Shown: one piece after another, positions 12,080-25,899 of the stretch
Layout of the letters: each line of letters opens with the position of its first letter
How positions within the stretch are numbered: the first letter of the stretch is position 1
Assembly: GCF_009914755.1 (NCBI RefSeq)
Contig: NC_060927.1
Length of the DNA: 64,000 nucleotides
Strand: one strand, 5' to 3'
Source: the human T2T-CHM13v2.0 reference genome, Homo sapiens
The notes under the pieces: model-generated
Told to the model about the DNA's origin: nothing
Seen by the model: only the letters and a program-made list of their open reading frames with translations
The model's database searches: none
Translations under genes and position numbers: made by a program

Positions 12080-12481
12080 TCAACAACATGGCTGACCATG
12101 GCCCAAATAGAACAAAAAGCCAAAGGAAAGATAAATTCTGTCTTTACTTGACTGAGACATAAATCTGCTCCTACCCTCAGATATCTGTGCTCCTAGTTCT
12201 CTGGCTTTTGTTTTTAGACCAGGAGTTATACCGATGCTCCCCACTCCTTCAGTTCTCAGGCCTTCAAACTTGGACTGAATTACAGCACTGGCTTTCAAGT
12301 TTCTCCAGCTTGCAGATGGTAGGTCACGGAACTTCTTGGCCTCCATCATCACGTGAGCCAATTTCTATGATAACCTTCCTCCTATTTATATCTGTATTTA
12401 TCTCTGTATCAATATACCTTTACATCTATATCTAGCTATGTCCTATTGTTTCTGTTTCTACAGAGAACCCTGACTCATACA
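12080..12481 (+). mobile_element. MLT2 (ERVL) LTR, 5'-truncated
   Basis: TTCTCAGGCCTTCAAACTTGGACTGAATTACAGCACTGGCTTT..CTCCAGCTTGCAGATGG..; ends CCTATTGTTTCTGTTTCTACAGAGAACCCTGACTCATACA. Confidence 0.85.
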
Positions 12482-12489
12482 CACTTCCA

Positions 12490-12908
12490 TGGCCTTGTCA
12501 CTGATTTTGTTTACTACTTCTCCTCTTGTTCAGTGCAGTCCAGTAACACTGGCTTTATTACTGTTCTTTCAACGATCCAGGCATTCATTTCTCTCAGGGA
12601 CTTTGCACTTGCTCCTCTTGTTCAGTAGAATACCTTTCTCCTTTATAAAAACAGATTTTTATTTTTTCTGTCCTTTCTCCAAGTTACTGTTCTCAAAAAG
12701 GCTTTCCCAACATGCCCTCCTGGTCTTTTCTTCATACTACTTAGTGCATATTGATTGACATCCTCTGCATTTTTTCTCTTTATTTTTATCTTTCTCTCTC
12801 TAAAACATAAGATTCACAAAAAAGGAGAGTCTGTGTGTGTTGTTATCCCTCAATAACAGGATCTGCCATGTAGGCAGCCTGCAAAAAATATTTCTTGAAT
12901 GTATGATT
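12490..12908 (+). mobile_element. L2 3' fragment
   Basis: CTCAGGGACTTTGCACTTGCT..; terminal ATGTAGGCAGCCTGCAAAAAATATTTCTTGAATGTATGA. Confidence 0.7.
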
Positions 12909-12959
12909 TATTATTTTACTATATTTTTGATTATTATTCATCAGAATTCTTTACCAAAT

Positions 12960-14450
12960 ATTAGTTTTGTGTGCTGTAGAACTTCATGTAAATCTTTAAA
13001 ACTCAGAAAATATTCTTTTGAATCTGGCTTCTTTCACTCCGCATATTTTTGATATCTGTTTACATTGTTGAATATATTAGTAGCTCACGTATATTGGTGA
13101 GTACCATTACTTTGCAGGAATATACTACATTATATCTATCCAATGTCCTGTTGAAAAAGAAGAATATTTTGTTTCTAGCTTGGGTGTACTGTGAATAAAA
13201 CTTCAAGGAGCATTTAGCATGCAGTAGTCTAGTCATGTATATCCATTTATCTTGGAAAGGAAAATAACTATTGCATAAGATATTGCCAAAATTATTTCCA
13301 AAGTGGTACCACTGCACATTAGCATTTTGCATATCTAGCAACATTTAGGAGTTTGGTTGCTTCAAAACATCACCAAAATTGGTATTTTTACTTTTATTCA
13401 TTTTAAAGTATATGAATCACATTGGATTATAATTTGCATTGTTAAAATAAAAAAAGAGGCTCACTTTTCATTTTCATACAATTTTTGTAAAACATATTAT
13501 ACGAAGAGACTACACAAGTATCCTGTACATTTTTATTGGATTGTTTGCCTTTTTATTATCAAATACTTTGAGGAGTACTTTATGTATTCTGGATGTAAGT
13601 CATTTATCAAAATATGTATTAATAGTGCTGTCTCCAAAAATGTGGCTTGCCTACACATTTTCCTAGAAATGACATTGAAAAAGCATGACTTTAATCTTAT
13701 TATTTTAAGTCAAATTTATCATTCATTTCTTTTATGGTTAGTATTTTTTTGCATCTTGATTAATAACTTATTTCCTACCCCAAGGTTGCAGGATATTATT
13801 CTTCAATTTCTTCTAGAAATGTTATATTTTAGCTTTCACGTTTAGGTTTATTGCATACTTCAAATTAATTTTCATGTACATGTGAGGTATGGATTGAGAT
13901 TTATCCTTCAACCCCTACCACCACCACCACCCATGGATAGTTTTTCTATTACTATTTTAAAATAATATTTTTTTCCTATAGATTTGCCTTGGCAACTTTG
14001 TTACAAACCAAATGACCAGAAATATAGGTCTATTTCTCAACTCTATTCTCTTTTGCTGTCACTTTGTTTATTCATAGATTCTTACTGCAATGTCTTGATT
14101 AATGTAACTTTATAGTAGATTAAACTCTGGTGGTGGTATTATTCATCTAGCTCCTCCTTTTTATAGATTTATTTGACTATTCATTTGAATTTGACTAATC
14201 ATTCATTTAAATTTTTGTAATTAGCTTGTTAATTTTGGGAAAGAAGTCTGTTAAGGCTTTATGGGAATTATGTTAAATCTATGAAGTAATTCACAGAGAT
14301 TTGACATCTTAACCAATTTAGAGTTTTTAATTCCATGAACATAGTATACACCTTCTTTACATTGGGTTTTCTATAATATCTCTTCAGATGATTTGAAGTT
14401 TTCCATGTATAGGTTTTGCACATTCTATGTCAACTATTTTCCAATGACCA
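12960..14450 (-). mobile_element. Ancient L1M (L1MD/ME-like) fragment
   Basis: Antisense L1: TTTCCAAAGTGGTACCACTGCACATT, TTTATGTATTCTGGATGTAAGTCATTTATCA, TTTCCTACCCCAAGGTTGCAGG. Confidence 0.75.
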
Positions 14451-15448
14451 GAAATTGTTATTTTATATACATTTTCCAGTTTTATAGCAGCCTAAGTTAG
14501 AGGACTTGTCTAGACCAGTGATTCCAGTTTGGCTGAAATCAATGGTTCTTTTTTAAAAAACAATTTACATTAAAGTTAGCTTTTCACCCATTTTTTTGTT
14601 TCATTTGTATCTATATTTGTTTTACCTCTCTGTAAGACACTGACGTCTTTTATACATTACTTGCTATATTAAATACAATCCTTGTTTTCCTCTCAGTTTC
14701 TTTATAGCATATTCTATATGGAAGTAGTACCCACGTTAAAAAATGATTTAATTACTAATTTTCTAGTACTCTTATTGAGCTCCCAGAGGCAGCTGATGTT
14801 TGAGTTGATGTTTAGAGACCTGCATAGCATGTATATCTCATATACAAAACCTAAACTTCATACTAAAATGCCATAATGTGAGTCTTAATATCTGATCCTA
14901 TGGACCTTAAAACTCCTTGATATAGCTATATCCATTTATTGACTTCCTATATCTATTTTTCCAAAATCAAGAGCACATACTGAGCCTGACTTGTATTTAA
15001 TCCACAAAGTACATATTCAGTATGTATTCATTTAATTAAATAATTAATATTTTGTTTGATAGAAATTATTGATTAAATTACAAATCCTTATATTTCACAC
15101 ATTTCTTCTAATATTAGAATTCAAAATCATTAGGTATGTACTCTAGATTTCTTTTAATTGTAACATATTTTGTATAAGTTGTCAAAAGGAAATAACAGTC
15201 AGTAAGTTTCACAAGTATTGGAATAATTTTTTCCATTCTAAGGAGACAAAATACTTCCAAAATATCTATATTAATTTCACATATAAAATTCTCCTTTTTC
15301 CTCAGCAGTAGAGCTCACTAAACAACATAAAAAGAGATTAATTTGTGTACAAACAATTGGCTTTGTCTTGATAAATTTTCTAGATCAACTGATTCTATGT
15401 ATAGCAATTTAAACAGCGAATTCTATGCTGTTTAAATTGACACAATTT

Positions 15449-16690
15449 CATATGCAGAAAATTGAAACTGGACCCCTTCCTTACACCTTGTGTAAAATTA
15501 ACTCAAGATGGATTAAAGACTTAAATGTAAAACCCAAAACTATAAAAACCCTAGAAGAATATCTAGGCAATACCATTCAGGACACAGGCACGGGCAAAGA
15601 TTTCATGATGAAAATGTCAAAAGCAATTGCAACAAAGGCAAAAATTGGCAAATGAGATCTAATGAAACTAAAAAGTTTATGCACAGCAAAAGAAATTATT
15701 ATCAGATTGAACAGGCAACCTACAGAATGGGAGAAAATTTTTGCAATCTCTACATCTGAAAAGGTCTAATATCCAGAATCTACAAGGAACTTAAACAAAT
15801 TTACAAAAAAAAAAAAAAAAAAAAAAAAAAAAACAACCATTAAAAAGTGGGCAAAGAACATGAACAGACACTTCTCAAAATAAGATATTTATGTGGCCAA
15901 TAAACATATGAAAAAAACTCAACCTCTCTGATCATTAGAAAACTGCAAATGAAAACCACAATGAGATACCATCTCACACCTATCAGAATGGTGATTATTA
16001 AAAAGTCAAGAAACAACGAACACTGGTGAGGCTGTGGAGAAATGGGAATACTTTTACACTGTTGGTGGTAATGTAAATTAATTCAACCATTGTGGAAGAC
16101 AGTGTGGCAATTCCTCAAAAACCTAGAACCAGAAAGACCATTTGACAAAGCAATCCCATTACTAGGTATATACTAAGAGGAATATAAATTATTCTACTAT
16201 AAAGATACATGCACGTGTATGTTCATTGCAGCACTATTCGCAATAGCAAAGACATGGAATCAACCTAAATGCTTATCAATGATAGATTGGATTAAGAAAA
16301 TATGCTACATATACACCATGGAATATTATCCAGCCATAAAAAGGAATGAGATCATGTTTTATACAGGGACATACATGGAGCTGGAAAGCCATCATCCTCC
16401 ACAAACTAACACAGGATCAGAAAACCAAACGCTGCATGTTCTCACTTATAAGTGGGAGCTGAACAATGAGAACGCATGTACACAGGGAGGAGAACAATAC
16501 ACACTGGATCCTGTAAAGGGGGCAGAGTGAGGGAGAGCATCAGGATAAATAGTGAATGCGTGTGGGGCTTAATACCTACATGATGGGTTGATCAGTGCAG
16601 CAAACCACCATGGCACACATTTACCTATGTAACAAACCCGCATGTCATGCACATGTATCTCAGAACTTAAAATAAAATTAATTAATTAAT
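15449..16690 (+). mobile_element. 5'-truncated L1PA (mid-age, about PA8-PA13) with TSD
   Basis: ORF2 C-terminal peptides ([22 protein letters not shown]; MFIAALFAIAKTWNQPKC), L1PA 3' UTR, TSD TTTAAATTG(A/G)CA at 15431-15442 and 16692-16703; internal A-run expansion 15805-15832. Confidence 0.92.
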
Positions 16691-16857
16691 TTTTAAATTG
16701 GCATGGTCTTTTCCTCTGAGCATTATTCTAAAATTGCCATACGAAAATTTGTTAGATCAGAAAATGTAGAGGATTGAGGTAAAGTCCAACAAAGTGAGCC
16801 AGCACTTGTTAGATTTCTTCCCCTTATTTCTTGAAAGTTTGCACAGTTGTGGCTAAC

Positions 16858-16860
<3 letters not shown>

Positions 16861-16896
<36 letters not shown>
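16861..16896. repeat. (AT)n microsatellite
   Basis: Pure AT dinucleotide run of about 18 units. Confidence 0.97.
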
Positions 16897-16898
<2 letters not shown>

Positions 16899-17078
16899 TT
16901 GTGTTAATTGAAAAATATTTAAATAAATTAAAATATTTTCTTATTTAGAAAAATATTATATTGTCAGTGACATTGTTCATAACTGTCAAAAGTTGAAAAT
17001 ACAAAGGTCTTTATATAAATGCTGAGCGACAACAATGAAAGTCACAGGAAACAACACAAAGGAAATGTATTTTAAGTA

Positions 17079-17390
<312 letters not shown>

Positions 17391-17855
17391 GATTACTTTA
17401 AGTAATTTTTTTTCTAACCATTTTACCTTTACCTCATAAATTTAGTAACATCAATACTATCAGATATATAAATATGTTTTAAAATGTGGAATTATTTTGC
17501 AGCAAAACAAGGATCATTAAGTTAAAACAGTTAGTCCTTTTTAAAAAAGGTGGTGTTGAAAACAATTACTGTGATAACAAATTTCAAGGACTACAAACAC
17601 CTGGATAATATGTGACTTTCAGCAACGCTGCTGCTTCTTGTTGGTCAATGAACAATCACTTAACGGAAGGTTATCGGCAGTAGAAAATGAAATCTGTATT
17701 ATCTCGACTTATTTAGTGACATTTAAAAAATAAGCCAATACGAATAGAATCACAAAGAATTAATGGGGAAGAATTAGTGTTAGAGCTTTGAAATTTTAAG
17801 CAAATGTGACAGATGTATCTCTCTCTCTTTTTCTTTCTCTTTTTTTCTCTCTCTC

Positions 17856-18214
17856 TGTATCAGTCTGTTTGTGCAGCTATGGCAAAATACCTGAGAGTGA
17901 GCAACTTATAAACAATAGAAATTTATTTCTCACAGTTCTGGAGGCTGAGAAGTTCAAGATGAAGGCCCTGGCATGTTTAGTATCTGGTGAGAAATTAGTC
18001 CTTGCTTCCAGGATTGTGCCTTAGTGTTTCATCGAAAGGCAGAAATGCAAAAGGGCCTAAGCTAATGTATCCAGGCCTCCTATAAGACACTAATCTATTC
18101 GGAAGGACATTACTTTCATGACTTGATCATCTCCTGGCCCCACCTCTTAATGCCACTACAATGGGGATTAAATTTCAACATGAATTTTGGAGGGGACCCA
18201 TTCAAACCACAGCA
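17856..18214 (-). mobile_element. MaLR solo LTR (MST/MLT1A-like)
   Basis: TGTATCAGTCTGTTT..AGAAATTTATTTCTCACAGTTCTGGAGGCTGAGAAGTTCAAGAT..TTTCAACATGAATTTTGGAGGGGACCCATTCAAACCACAGCA. Confidence 0.9.
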
Positions 18215-18252
18215 TTCTCTTTTTCTCTCTGCTTGCCCTTGCTCTCATTATT

Positions 18253-18285
<33 letters not shown>

Positions 18286-18326
18286 GTATAAATGTGTATA
18301 TATATGTATATGTATATGTATATATA
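18253..18326. repeat. (CT)n/(TA)n/(TATATG)n compound microsatellite
   Basis: Visible directly in the sequence. Confidence 0.9.
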
Positions 18327-20492
18327 ACAACTTACCTAAGCTGAAGTAAAAAAAAAAATTCTCTATCAATGTCCTTTAGTTCTGAGTGGATAGTACCAAG
18401 TATCTAGTCCATTGAATTTAGTTTTGCTATTTATTCTATGATCACTTCTTTGCATGTTAATGTATATTTTGAATTCTAATATCAAAGTTATGCTTTCAGT
18501 GTATTTGAAAATTTATCTGTTTTCCATATTCGTGCCTAGTTCCTAGTTATAATATCTTTAGATTGAAGCATATTCATAGAAATTGCAATGAAAAACTTAG
18601 AGTACATTTTTGCTTGTTAATTTTTTTTATGATTGAATCATGGAGATTGCTACCATTATATTTGCTTGGTTGGTGGCATTTTAAGAGAATAATGAAATAT
18701 TTCTGGACAAATAGTTTATAAGACAGAGACTGCATAGAAAACCCCTACCTGATTCCTGATATTTAAAGTCAGTACAGAGGTTCTTAACTTTCTATGCATG
18801 GACAACTAAGATCAACATGGAAAGTTTCACTGTCAACAAACTCTTTGAAATTTGAAGTTCTTTTATTCTAAAGAGAAAATTTGTGTTACCACATTTTCAA
18901 AGACCTGTGCCAAAAAATATCTAAGAATCACTACTCTAGTCACATGTTCTATCCTATCTTTTGAATCAAGTAGCTTACCAGCACTTTTAAATAATTTTAA
19001 ATTACTCTTGTTATAATAGAAAAGTCTAAGTATTGCAAAAGACTGCTAGAAATTTTGCAGAGACTCTGCTTGTGTTACTTTGTTTTACTCTCTAAGGTAA
19101 AAGCCTGTAATTGGGCCCAACTTACCAAGTTACATGTAACCTAAATTTTGGAGCAGATTTAATTCCCTGACATATACCAGGGTACAGATAAGTAGTGTCA
19201 AAGAGTATAAACCCAGATGGCTAAATCCAGAATCATATGAGGCTTTACAGCACAAGAAACTAAATCTGGAAGCTTATTTATGTATGAACTTAATTACAAA
19301 TACAAGAAATATTTAACCTAAACCACAGAATTTGATGGAAGTGCATTAATATAGGCTATGAGGTGGTTATGTAACTGAGAAACTCAACTAACAAAAAGAA
19401 AAAGAAAAAAAAGGGTGAGGTAATGACAGATATTCATTCAGTAAGTCTTCGATAACAGAATTTTTAGAAAAAAAATCCTTATTCTATTGGCTTAATAGAT
19501 TGCTTTGTCAGAAGAATTTAAATGGGAGGTGAAAGAGCTACTCTTAAAAAATAGTTAGATCATAATGTAATAGTAGGATATACAACACACGGAGGTGAAA
19601 CTGGAAGGCAAGGTGGGCAGAAGAAACATTATAAATATGCCTAAGGAAAAGGAACTTAATGAAAATTGGTAGTGGCTCTCTGGCCAGCATAGAAAAAGTT
19701 ATTTTTTAAAAAGGAAGAGCTCGAGAGAAAGTTATGAATTCTCATGGGGAAAAAAATATTCCCTTCACTTGTCAGGATTAGAAGGACTATTTGATGCAAA
19801 GCCACAAGTTGAGAGCTGGCTAAGAAGTCCGTGATGACTTCATAGCTCATAAATTCTCAGAAGGCAGCAACTATAGCAGATCAGAGTACAAGCATGAAGC
19901 AATAGGCGGGTGGTGAAGAGACAGCTGCTCTTCCAGAATGTAATAGGATTTTCAGCCCCTTTCTAAGATCCATTGCCTCCTATGTGGGAAAAAAAGGAAA
20001 AAGAAGGATGCACTGATAAAAAATTGTCCAGTGCCAGCCTTAAGGAGTCCGGAGTCCATTTACTTTCTGGAATACTGAACAGACAGGGATAGTTAAATTT
20101 GCATCAAAGGCAGCATATAACCGGAAGGTTCCATAGGTGAGTGAGAGGATTCAGCCTTGCAAAGGCTGTGACTGCCCAGGAAACTGCTGTATCTTTCTGT
20201 GAAGTACAGTTAGTGCTTATTTTGGGTGAAAACTGGTGTTTACAGTGAGAGAGAATATTCCTGATTCTATTACAGTTGTAATATTGCTAAGTGTAGAAGC
20301 AAGTAAGAATTTGACAGATAGACATGAACATAGAAAGCTGAGAGACAGGATTTTGAAATCATAGGGCAATATAACTTGTTTTACTTTCTACCATACACCT
20401 AAACTACAGTGAGATTTTCCTGAAAGCTTTTATCCTAGAGAAGTCAATCTTCTATTTTAACTTCAAATAAAGAGCTGTAACAGATTTACCAA

Positions 20493-20799
20493 CTGGGATT
20501 TCAACTTTAACGTTGTTGACATTTTAGTCAAGATAACTCTTCACTATAGGGATTCTCCTGTGCATACTAGTAGCAGGCTCTCCCCTCATTGTTAGAAATG
20601 TTCCCTGCAGGACAAAACTGCCTTGATGAGAAACCCTGCATTATGCAAATGGAATTTGGCAATGGCTGGAGGCATTTTTGGTTGTCACAGCTGGAGGTTG
20701 GAGGTATGCCACAAATATCTAGTGAATAGAAGAGATTCTGCTAACTGAACAAAGAATTATCCAGTTAAACATGTAAATATTGCTGAGATCCAGAAACCC
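20493..20799. mobile_element. Two MER20 (hAT) copies in opposite orientation
   Basis: Second copy: ATTTGGCAATGGCTGGAGGCATTTTTGGTTGTCACAGCTGG..AACAAAGAATTATCCAG..GAAACCCT; first copy (20493-20638) is the reverse orientation (GTTGACATTTTAGTCAAGATAACTCTT..GAGAAACCCTG). Confidence 0.75.
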
Positions 20800-21849
20800 T
20801 ACTTTAGCATAATAAAAGTAAAATCCTCTTCATTGAGAGTAGATCTTTGTGAGCAAGCACCTTTCTAAAAAAATATATAAAACAAACAAGCATACTTTGT
20901 GAGGTTTAGCAGAGTAAAATACTAAAAAATCAAAATTGGATTCTAATATTATCACCACATCAAAAACAAACCCTGAGAATATCAAACATAAAAAAAATAT
21001 AGAAGATAAAATTATATGAAATAATAGAATTTTGTGAGGTCTCGCCTTAATTAAACAAGACTCACACAAAACTTTTCAAAATGATGCAGAAGGAGAAGAT
21101 ATGATTAGATTTTTCAAGTGTAAAGAAACCAAGGTGGAATTACTATTAGCTTCCATCTTCTTAGTGAACAGCTATAGGAAGTGTGGAGGGAAAAAATTTG
21201 AAAATGCAAATTCTTTTAAATGCTTGAAGTGAAAGGGTACAGCTTCTTCCTCATCCATTTCAGTGGCTCTGGAGAATATCTCTGGCACACTGCTCAATGT
21301 TATCTAAAGACATTACAGAGATTGAGTTTCCGGAAATGAGTTTTAAAAGTTTGGCAGAAATATTTTGCACTAATTTTGTGAAAATGTATACTGGGTGTGT
21401 GACAGCAAGGGAGTTATGGGATTCAGCCAACAGAGGACCCAGAAAACTGATGCTGCTTAAAACATCCCCTCCTCCCCTAAAGAATGTTGACCAGATTGTA
21501 GAGAACACAAACAATCCCTTTAAGCAGAGAGTAAATAGATTAAGAAAACAGCCAGATAGCCTAACATGCCATAAGTGACTTTTTTTCCTCCTTTCTCTTT
21601 CCCTTTTCTTCTCATGGTAGAAAAGACTAGAGAGGCTTGCAACACAAGCTGGAAGATCTACCACATCTTGCCGCTGCCCAAGACCGCCCCTTTATCTTTC
21701 TATGCAAGTTTTTACTGAATAAATCTTTGACCACCTACCAACCTGGAGAAGTCTGCCTCTTTGTTTGGTCTGAGCTTTCCTTCTACTTATTGGGGGCAGT
21801 TCTTGGTTGTGGCAGGGGGTTTTCCCAGCAACTGTGTAAACCAGAAGTA

Positions 21850-21895
21850 TTAGGTTGGTGCAAAAGTAATTGTGGTTTTTGCCATTACTTTTAAT
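21850..21895. mobile_element. MADE1 (Hsmar1 MITE) half copy
   Basis: TTAGGTTGGTGCAAAAGTAATTGTGGTTTTTGCCATTACTTTTAAT. Confidence 0.9.
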
Positions 21896-22041
21896 ACAAG
21901 GCACTAAATCAAGTGTTGAAATAAAAAACAGCCTAAATAACTGAACTTTGTTTCAGAATCTTTGGTCAATGACCTGATGAAAGTGACTAATTTTCAAACA
22001 TATCATGAGAGGTCTCTTCTAAAAATTTCAGATGATCTGAG

Positions 22042-22236
22042 TTTTTTATTTATTTATTTTATTTTATTTTATTTTATTTTATTTTATTTTATGTTCCAGG
22101 ATACATGTGCAAGACATGCAGATTTGTTACATAGGTAAATGTGTGCCATGGTGGTTGCTGCACTTATCAACCCATCCCCTAGGTAAGCCCCCATGCGTTA
22201 GCTATTTATCCTCATGTCTTCCTCTCCCCACAACCC
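22042..22236 (-). mobile_element. Very short 5'-truncated L1PA 3' end with (TTTTA)n tail
   Basis: GATACATGTGCAAGACATGCAGATTTGTTACATAGGTAAATGTGTGCCATGGTGG; TSD CTGAGTTTTT on both sides. Confidence 0.88.
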
Positions 22237-22269
22237 CTGAGTTTTTAACTCAACTGTCAGACACTCTCT

Positions 22270-22360
22270 AGCTAAATATCTTCAGCAGGTTAGTCACCTT
22301 ATCTGAACCACAATTCTCAAATCTGCAAAACAGTGATATAAAAACATGCCCTCCCTACTG
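22270..22360 (+). mobile_element. MIR fragment
   Basis: AGTCACCTTATCTGAACCACAATTCTCAAATCTGCAAAACAGTGATATAA resembles the MIR core. Confidence 0.5.
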
Positions 22361-22394
22361 AAATATAATTTTATTTAAACAAAATATGTAAATA

Positions 22395-22495
22395 CAGTTG
22401 TTCCTTTGTATTTATAAGGGATTGGTTCCAAGACTCCCTCAGATAACAAAATCCTAGGATGCTCAAGTCCCTCATATAAAATGGCATAGTATGTA
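22395..22495 (+). mobile_element. MER2 left part (interrupted by HERV-H)
   Basis: CAGTTGTTCCTTTGTAT..GGGATTGGTTCCAAGAC..GGATGCTCAAGTCCCTCATATAAAATGGCATAGTAT. Confidence 0.88.
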
Positions 22496-22929
22496 TTTCA
22501 TGCGTGTCTGTGTGAAGAGACCACCAAACAGGCTTTGTGTGAGCAACATGGCTGTTTATTTCACCTGGGTGCAGGCGGGCTGAGTCTGAAAAGAGAGTCA
22601 GCAAAGGGAGATAGGGGTGGGGCCGTTTTATAGGATTTGGGAAGGTAATGGAAAATTACAGTCAAAGGGGGTTGTTTTCTGGTGGGCAGGGGTGGGGGTC
22701 ACAAGGTGCTCAGTGGGGGAGCTTCTGAGTCAGGAGAAGGAAATTCACAGGGTTAATCACTCAGTTAAGGTGGGGCAGGAACAAATCACAATGGTGGAAT
22801 GTCATCAGTTAAGGCGGGGCAGGGCCTTTTCACTTCTTTTGTGATTCTTCAGTTACTTCAGGCCATCTGGGCTTATACATGCAAGTCACAGGTGATGCGA
22901 TGGCTTGGCTTGGGCTCAGAGGCCTGACA
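22496..22929 (-). mobile_element. 3' LTR7 of HERV-H
   Basis: Minus strand TGTCAGGCCTCTGAGCCCAAGCC...CTCTTCACACAGACACGCATGAAA; minus-strand AATAAA at 22555-22560. Confidence 0.96.
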
Positions 22930-24901
22930 TTCCTGACTTCTTATATTAATAAGAAAAATAAAACAAAATAGTGTTGAAGTGTTGGGGCAGTGAAAATTTT
23001 GGGGGGTGGTATGGAGAGAGAATGGGCAATGTTTCTCAGGGCTGCTTCGAGTGGGATTAGGGGCGGCGTGGGAACCTAGAGTGGGAGAGATTAAGCTGAA
23101 GGAAGATTTTGTGGTAAGGGGTGATATTGTGGGGTTGTTAGAAGAAACATGTGTTGTATAGAATGATTGATGATGGCCTGGATACGGTTTTGTATGAATT
23201 GAAAAACTAAATGGAATAAGAGAAGGAGAAAAACAGGTATAAAAGGTCTAAGAATTGGGAGGACCTAGGGCATCTGATTAGAGAGTGCCTAAGGAGATTC
23301 AGCATAGTCCTGCCAGCAAAGATTATTTATTTACTTCAAGAGTTTAGAGTGGCAGTTTGGGGATAGCACCAGGAGATATCAGCAGCTGTGATGGCTTGGA
23401 GAAACAGTGTAAACCTGCAGTGTAAACAAGAGCAGGGCATGTATGAGTAGTTGAGAATGGTGAATAGGAGTATGACTAGACAAAAGATAGTAGGGATGAC
23501 AAGTTTTTTTGGGGCACAGTCTAAGTTGGTCTGGTGTCAAATGAGACTGGGGCCTAATAAAAAGGAGCATCTATACAGGAGCTTAAATGGGCTGTACCTT
23601 GTAGCATTCTGAGGACAGGCCTGAATTCTGAGAAGCGAAAGTGGTAAAAGTATTGTCCAGTCCTTTTTAAGTTGGTGGCTGAGCTTGGTGAGGTGTGTTT
23701 TTAAAAGACCTTTAGTCCGTTCTACTTTTCTTGAAGACGGAGGACCGTAAGGGATATAAAGGTTTCACTGAATACTAAGAGCCTGAAAAACTGCTTGACT
23801 AATAAAGGCAGTCTGTTATCAGACTGTATAGAGGTGGGAAGGCTAAACTGAGGAATTATGTTTGACAGGAGGGAAGAAATGACTGTGGTGGCCTTCTTAG
23901 ACCCTGTAGGAAAGGCCTTTACTTATTCAGTGAAAGTGTCTATTTAGACTAAGAGGTATTTTAGTTTCCTGACTCGGGGCATGTTGAGTAAAGCTAATTT
24001 GCCAGTCCTGGGTGGGGCAAATCCTCAAGCTTGATGTGTAGGGAAGGGAGGGGGCCTGAATAATCCCTGAGGAGTAGTAGAATAGCAGATGGAACACTGA
24101 GAAGTTATTTCCTTGAGGATAGATTTCCACGATGGAAAGGAAATGAGAGGTTCTGAGAGGCAGGCTAGTGGCTTGTACTATAGCATAGCCTGCCTTTGCT
24201 GGTGTGTGGCGATTAGGCCTGGTGGAACTGCCATCAATAAATCAAGCGTGATCAGGGTTGAGGAACAGGAAAGAAGGAAATATGGGGAAATGGGGTGAAT
24301 ATCAGGTGGATCAGAGAGATACAGTCATGGGCATCAGGTGTGGTATCAGGAATAATGTGAGAGGCCAGATTGAAGTCCAGGCCAGGAACAATGGTAATTG
24401 TGGGACTTAAAGCATGAGTACAGCTGAAGGAGCCGGGGAGCAGAAAGTATGTGTCAGGTATGAGGAAGAAAATAGATTTTGGAAGTTATGAGAAATGTAG
24501 AGAGTGAGTTGAGCATAGTTTGTGATTTTTAGGGCCTCTAACAGTATTAAAGCAGCGGCAGCTGCTGCACGCAGACATGAGGGCTAGGCTAAAACAGTAA
24601 GGTCAAGTTGTTTGGACAGAAAGGCTACATGGTGTGCTCCTGGCTCTTGTGTAAGAATTCTGACCACACTAACCATGCCTAGGAAGGAAAGGAGTTGTTC
24701 TTTTATAAGGGATTGAGGTTTGGGAGATTAATCGGACACGATCAGCAGGGAGAGCACATGTGTTTTTATGAGAATTATGCTGAGATAGGTAACGGATGAG
24801 GATGAAATTTGGGCTTGACTGAAGTAATAGGGGCTGTCTGTGAAGCCTTGCGGCAGTACAGCCCAGGTAATTTGCTGAGCCTAATGGGTGTCATGGTCAG
24901 T

Positions 24902-25294
24902 CTAAGTAAAGGCAAAGAGAGGCTGGGATGAAGGGTGCAGAGGAATAGTAAAGAAAGCATGTTTGAGATCCAGAACAGAATAATGGGTAGTAGAGGGAGG
25001 TATTGAGGATAGGAGAGTATATGGGTTTGGCACCATGGGGTGGCTAGGCAAAACAATTTGGTTGATAAGGCGCAGATCCTGAACTAACTTGTAAGGCTTC
25101 TCTGGTTTTAGGACAGGTAAAATGGGGGAATTGTAAGGAGAGTTTATAGGTTTTAAAAGGCCATGCTGTAGCAGGCAAATGATAACAGGCTTTAATCTTT
25201 TTAAAGCATGCTGCGGGATGGGATATTGGCGTTGAGTGGGGTAAGGGTGATTAGGTTTTAATGAGATGGTAAGGGGTGCATGATCGGTCACCAA
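24902..25294 (-). pseudogene. pol: HERV-H pol, reverse-transcriptase N-terminal remnant
   Basis: RQYPIPQHAL..SPYNSPILPVLKP..YKLVQDLRLIN..VPNPYTLLS..YSVLDLKHAFFTIPLHPSSQPLFAFT* (gamma-like RT; interrupted). Confidence 0.93.
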
Positions 25295-25447
25295 GGAGGG
25301 AGTAGAGGTATCTTATACTTGTGGGTTAAGGTGGGGGGATACAAGAGGAGGATGCAAAGGAGGCTTTGGACTGGGAAGAAGGGTGGCAATGAGATATAGC
25401 TGTAGTCCAGGAATAGTCAGGGAAGCAGATAATTTAGTTAAAGTGTC

Positions 25448-25672
25448 TCAGCCTAATAAGGGAACTGGGCAGGTGGGGATAACTAAAAAGGATTGCTTAA
25501 AAGAGTATTGTCTAAGTTGGCACCAGAGTTGGGGAGTTTTAAGAGGTTTAGAAGCCTGGCCATCAATACACATAACAGTTATGGAGGCAAGGGAAACAGG
25601 CCCTTGAAAAGAAGGTAATGTGGAGTGGGTAGCCTCCGTATTGATTAAGAAGAGGACAGGCTTACCTTCCAC
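25448..25672 (-). pseudogene. pro: HERV-H protease remnant
   Basis: GKPVLFLINTEATHSTLP (degenerate LxDTGA) .. FLVIPTCPVPLLG. Confidence 0.88.
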
Positions 25673-25899
25673 TGTGAGAGTTACCCGAAGCTCGGCGTCC
25701 GTGATGGTCTAGAGGGCTCACGAGGCGATCGGGCAGTGTCAGTCTTCAGCTGCTAAGCCGAGAAGATCTGGGAAGGAGTCAGTCAGAGGGCCTTGGGCCA
25801 TTGTTCCAGGGGCTCTGGGAGTGGCTGCCAGGTGAGTTGAACAGTCCAATTTTCAGTGGGGTCCCACACAGATGGGACGCGGCTTAGGAGGAATCCTGG

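Noticed and set aside
13357-13845. 162-aa hydrophobic ORF
   Set aside because: Antisense reading of an old T-rich L1; compositional artefact.
21260-21904. Cluster of overlapping ORFs in unique sequence
   Set aside because: No recognisable domain or supported exon structure; consistent with chance.
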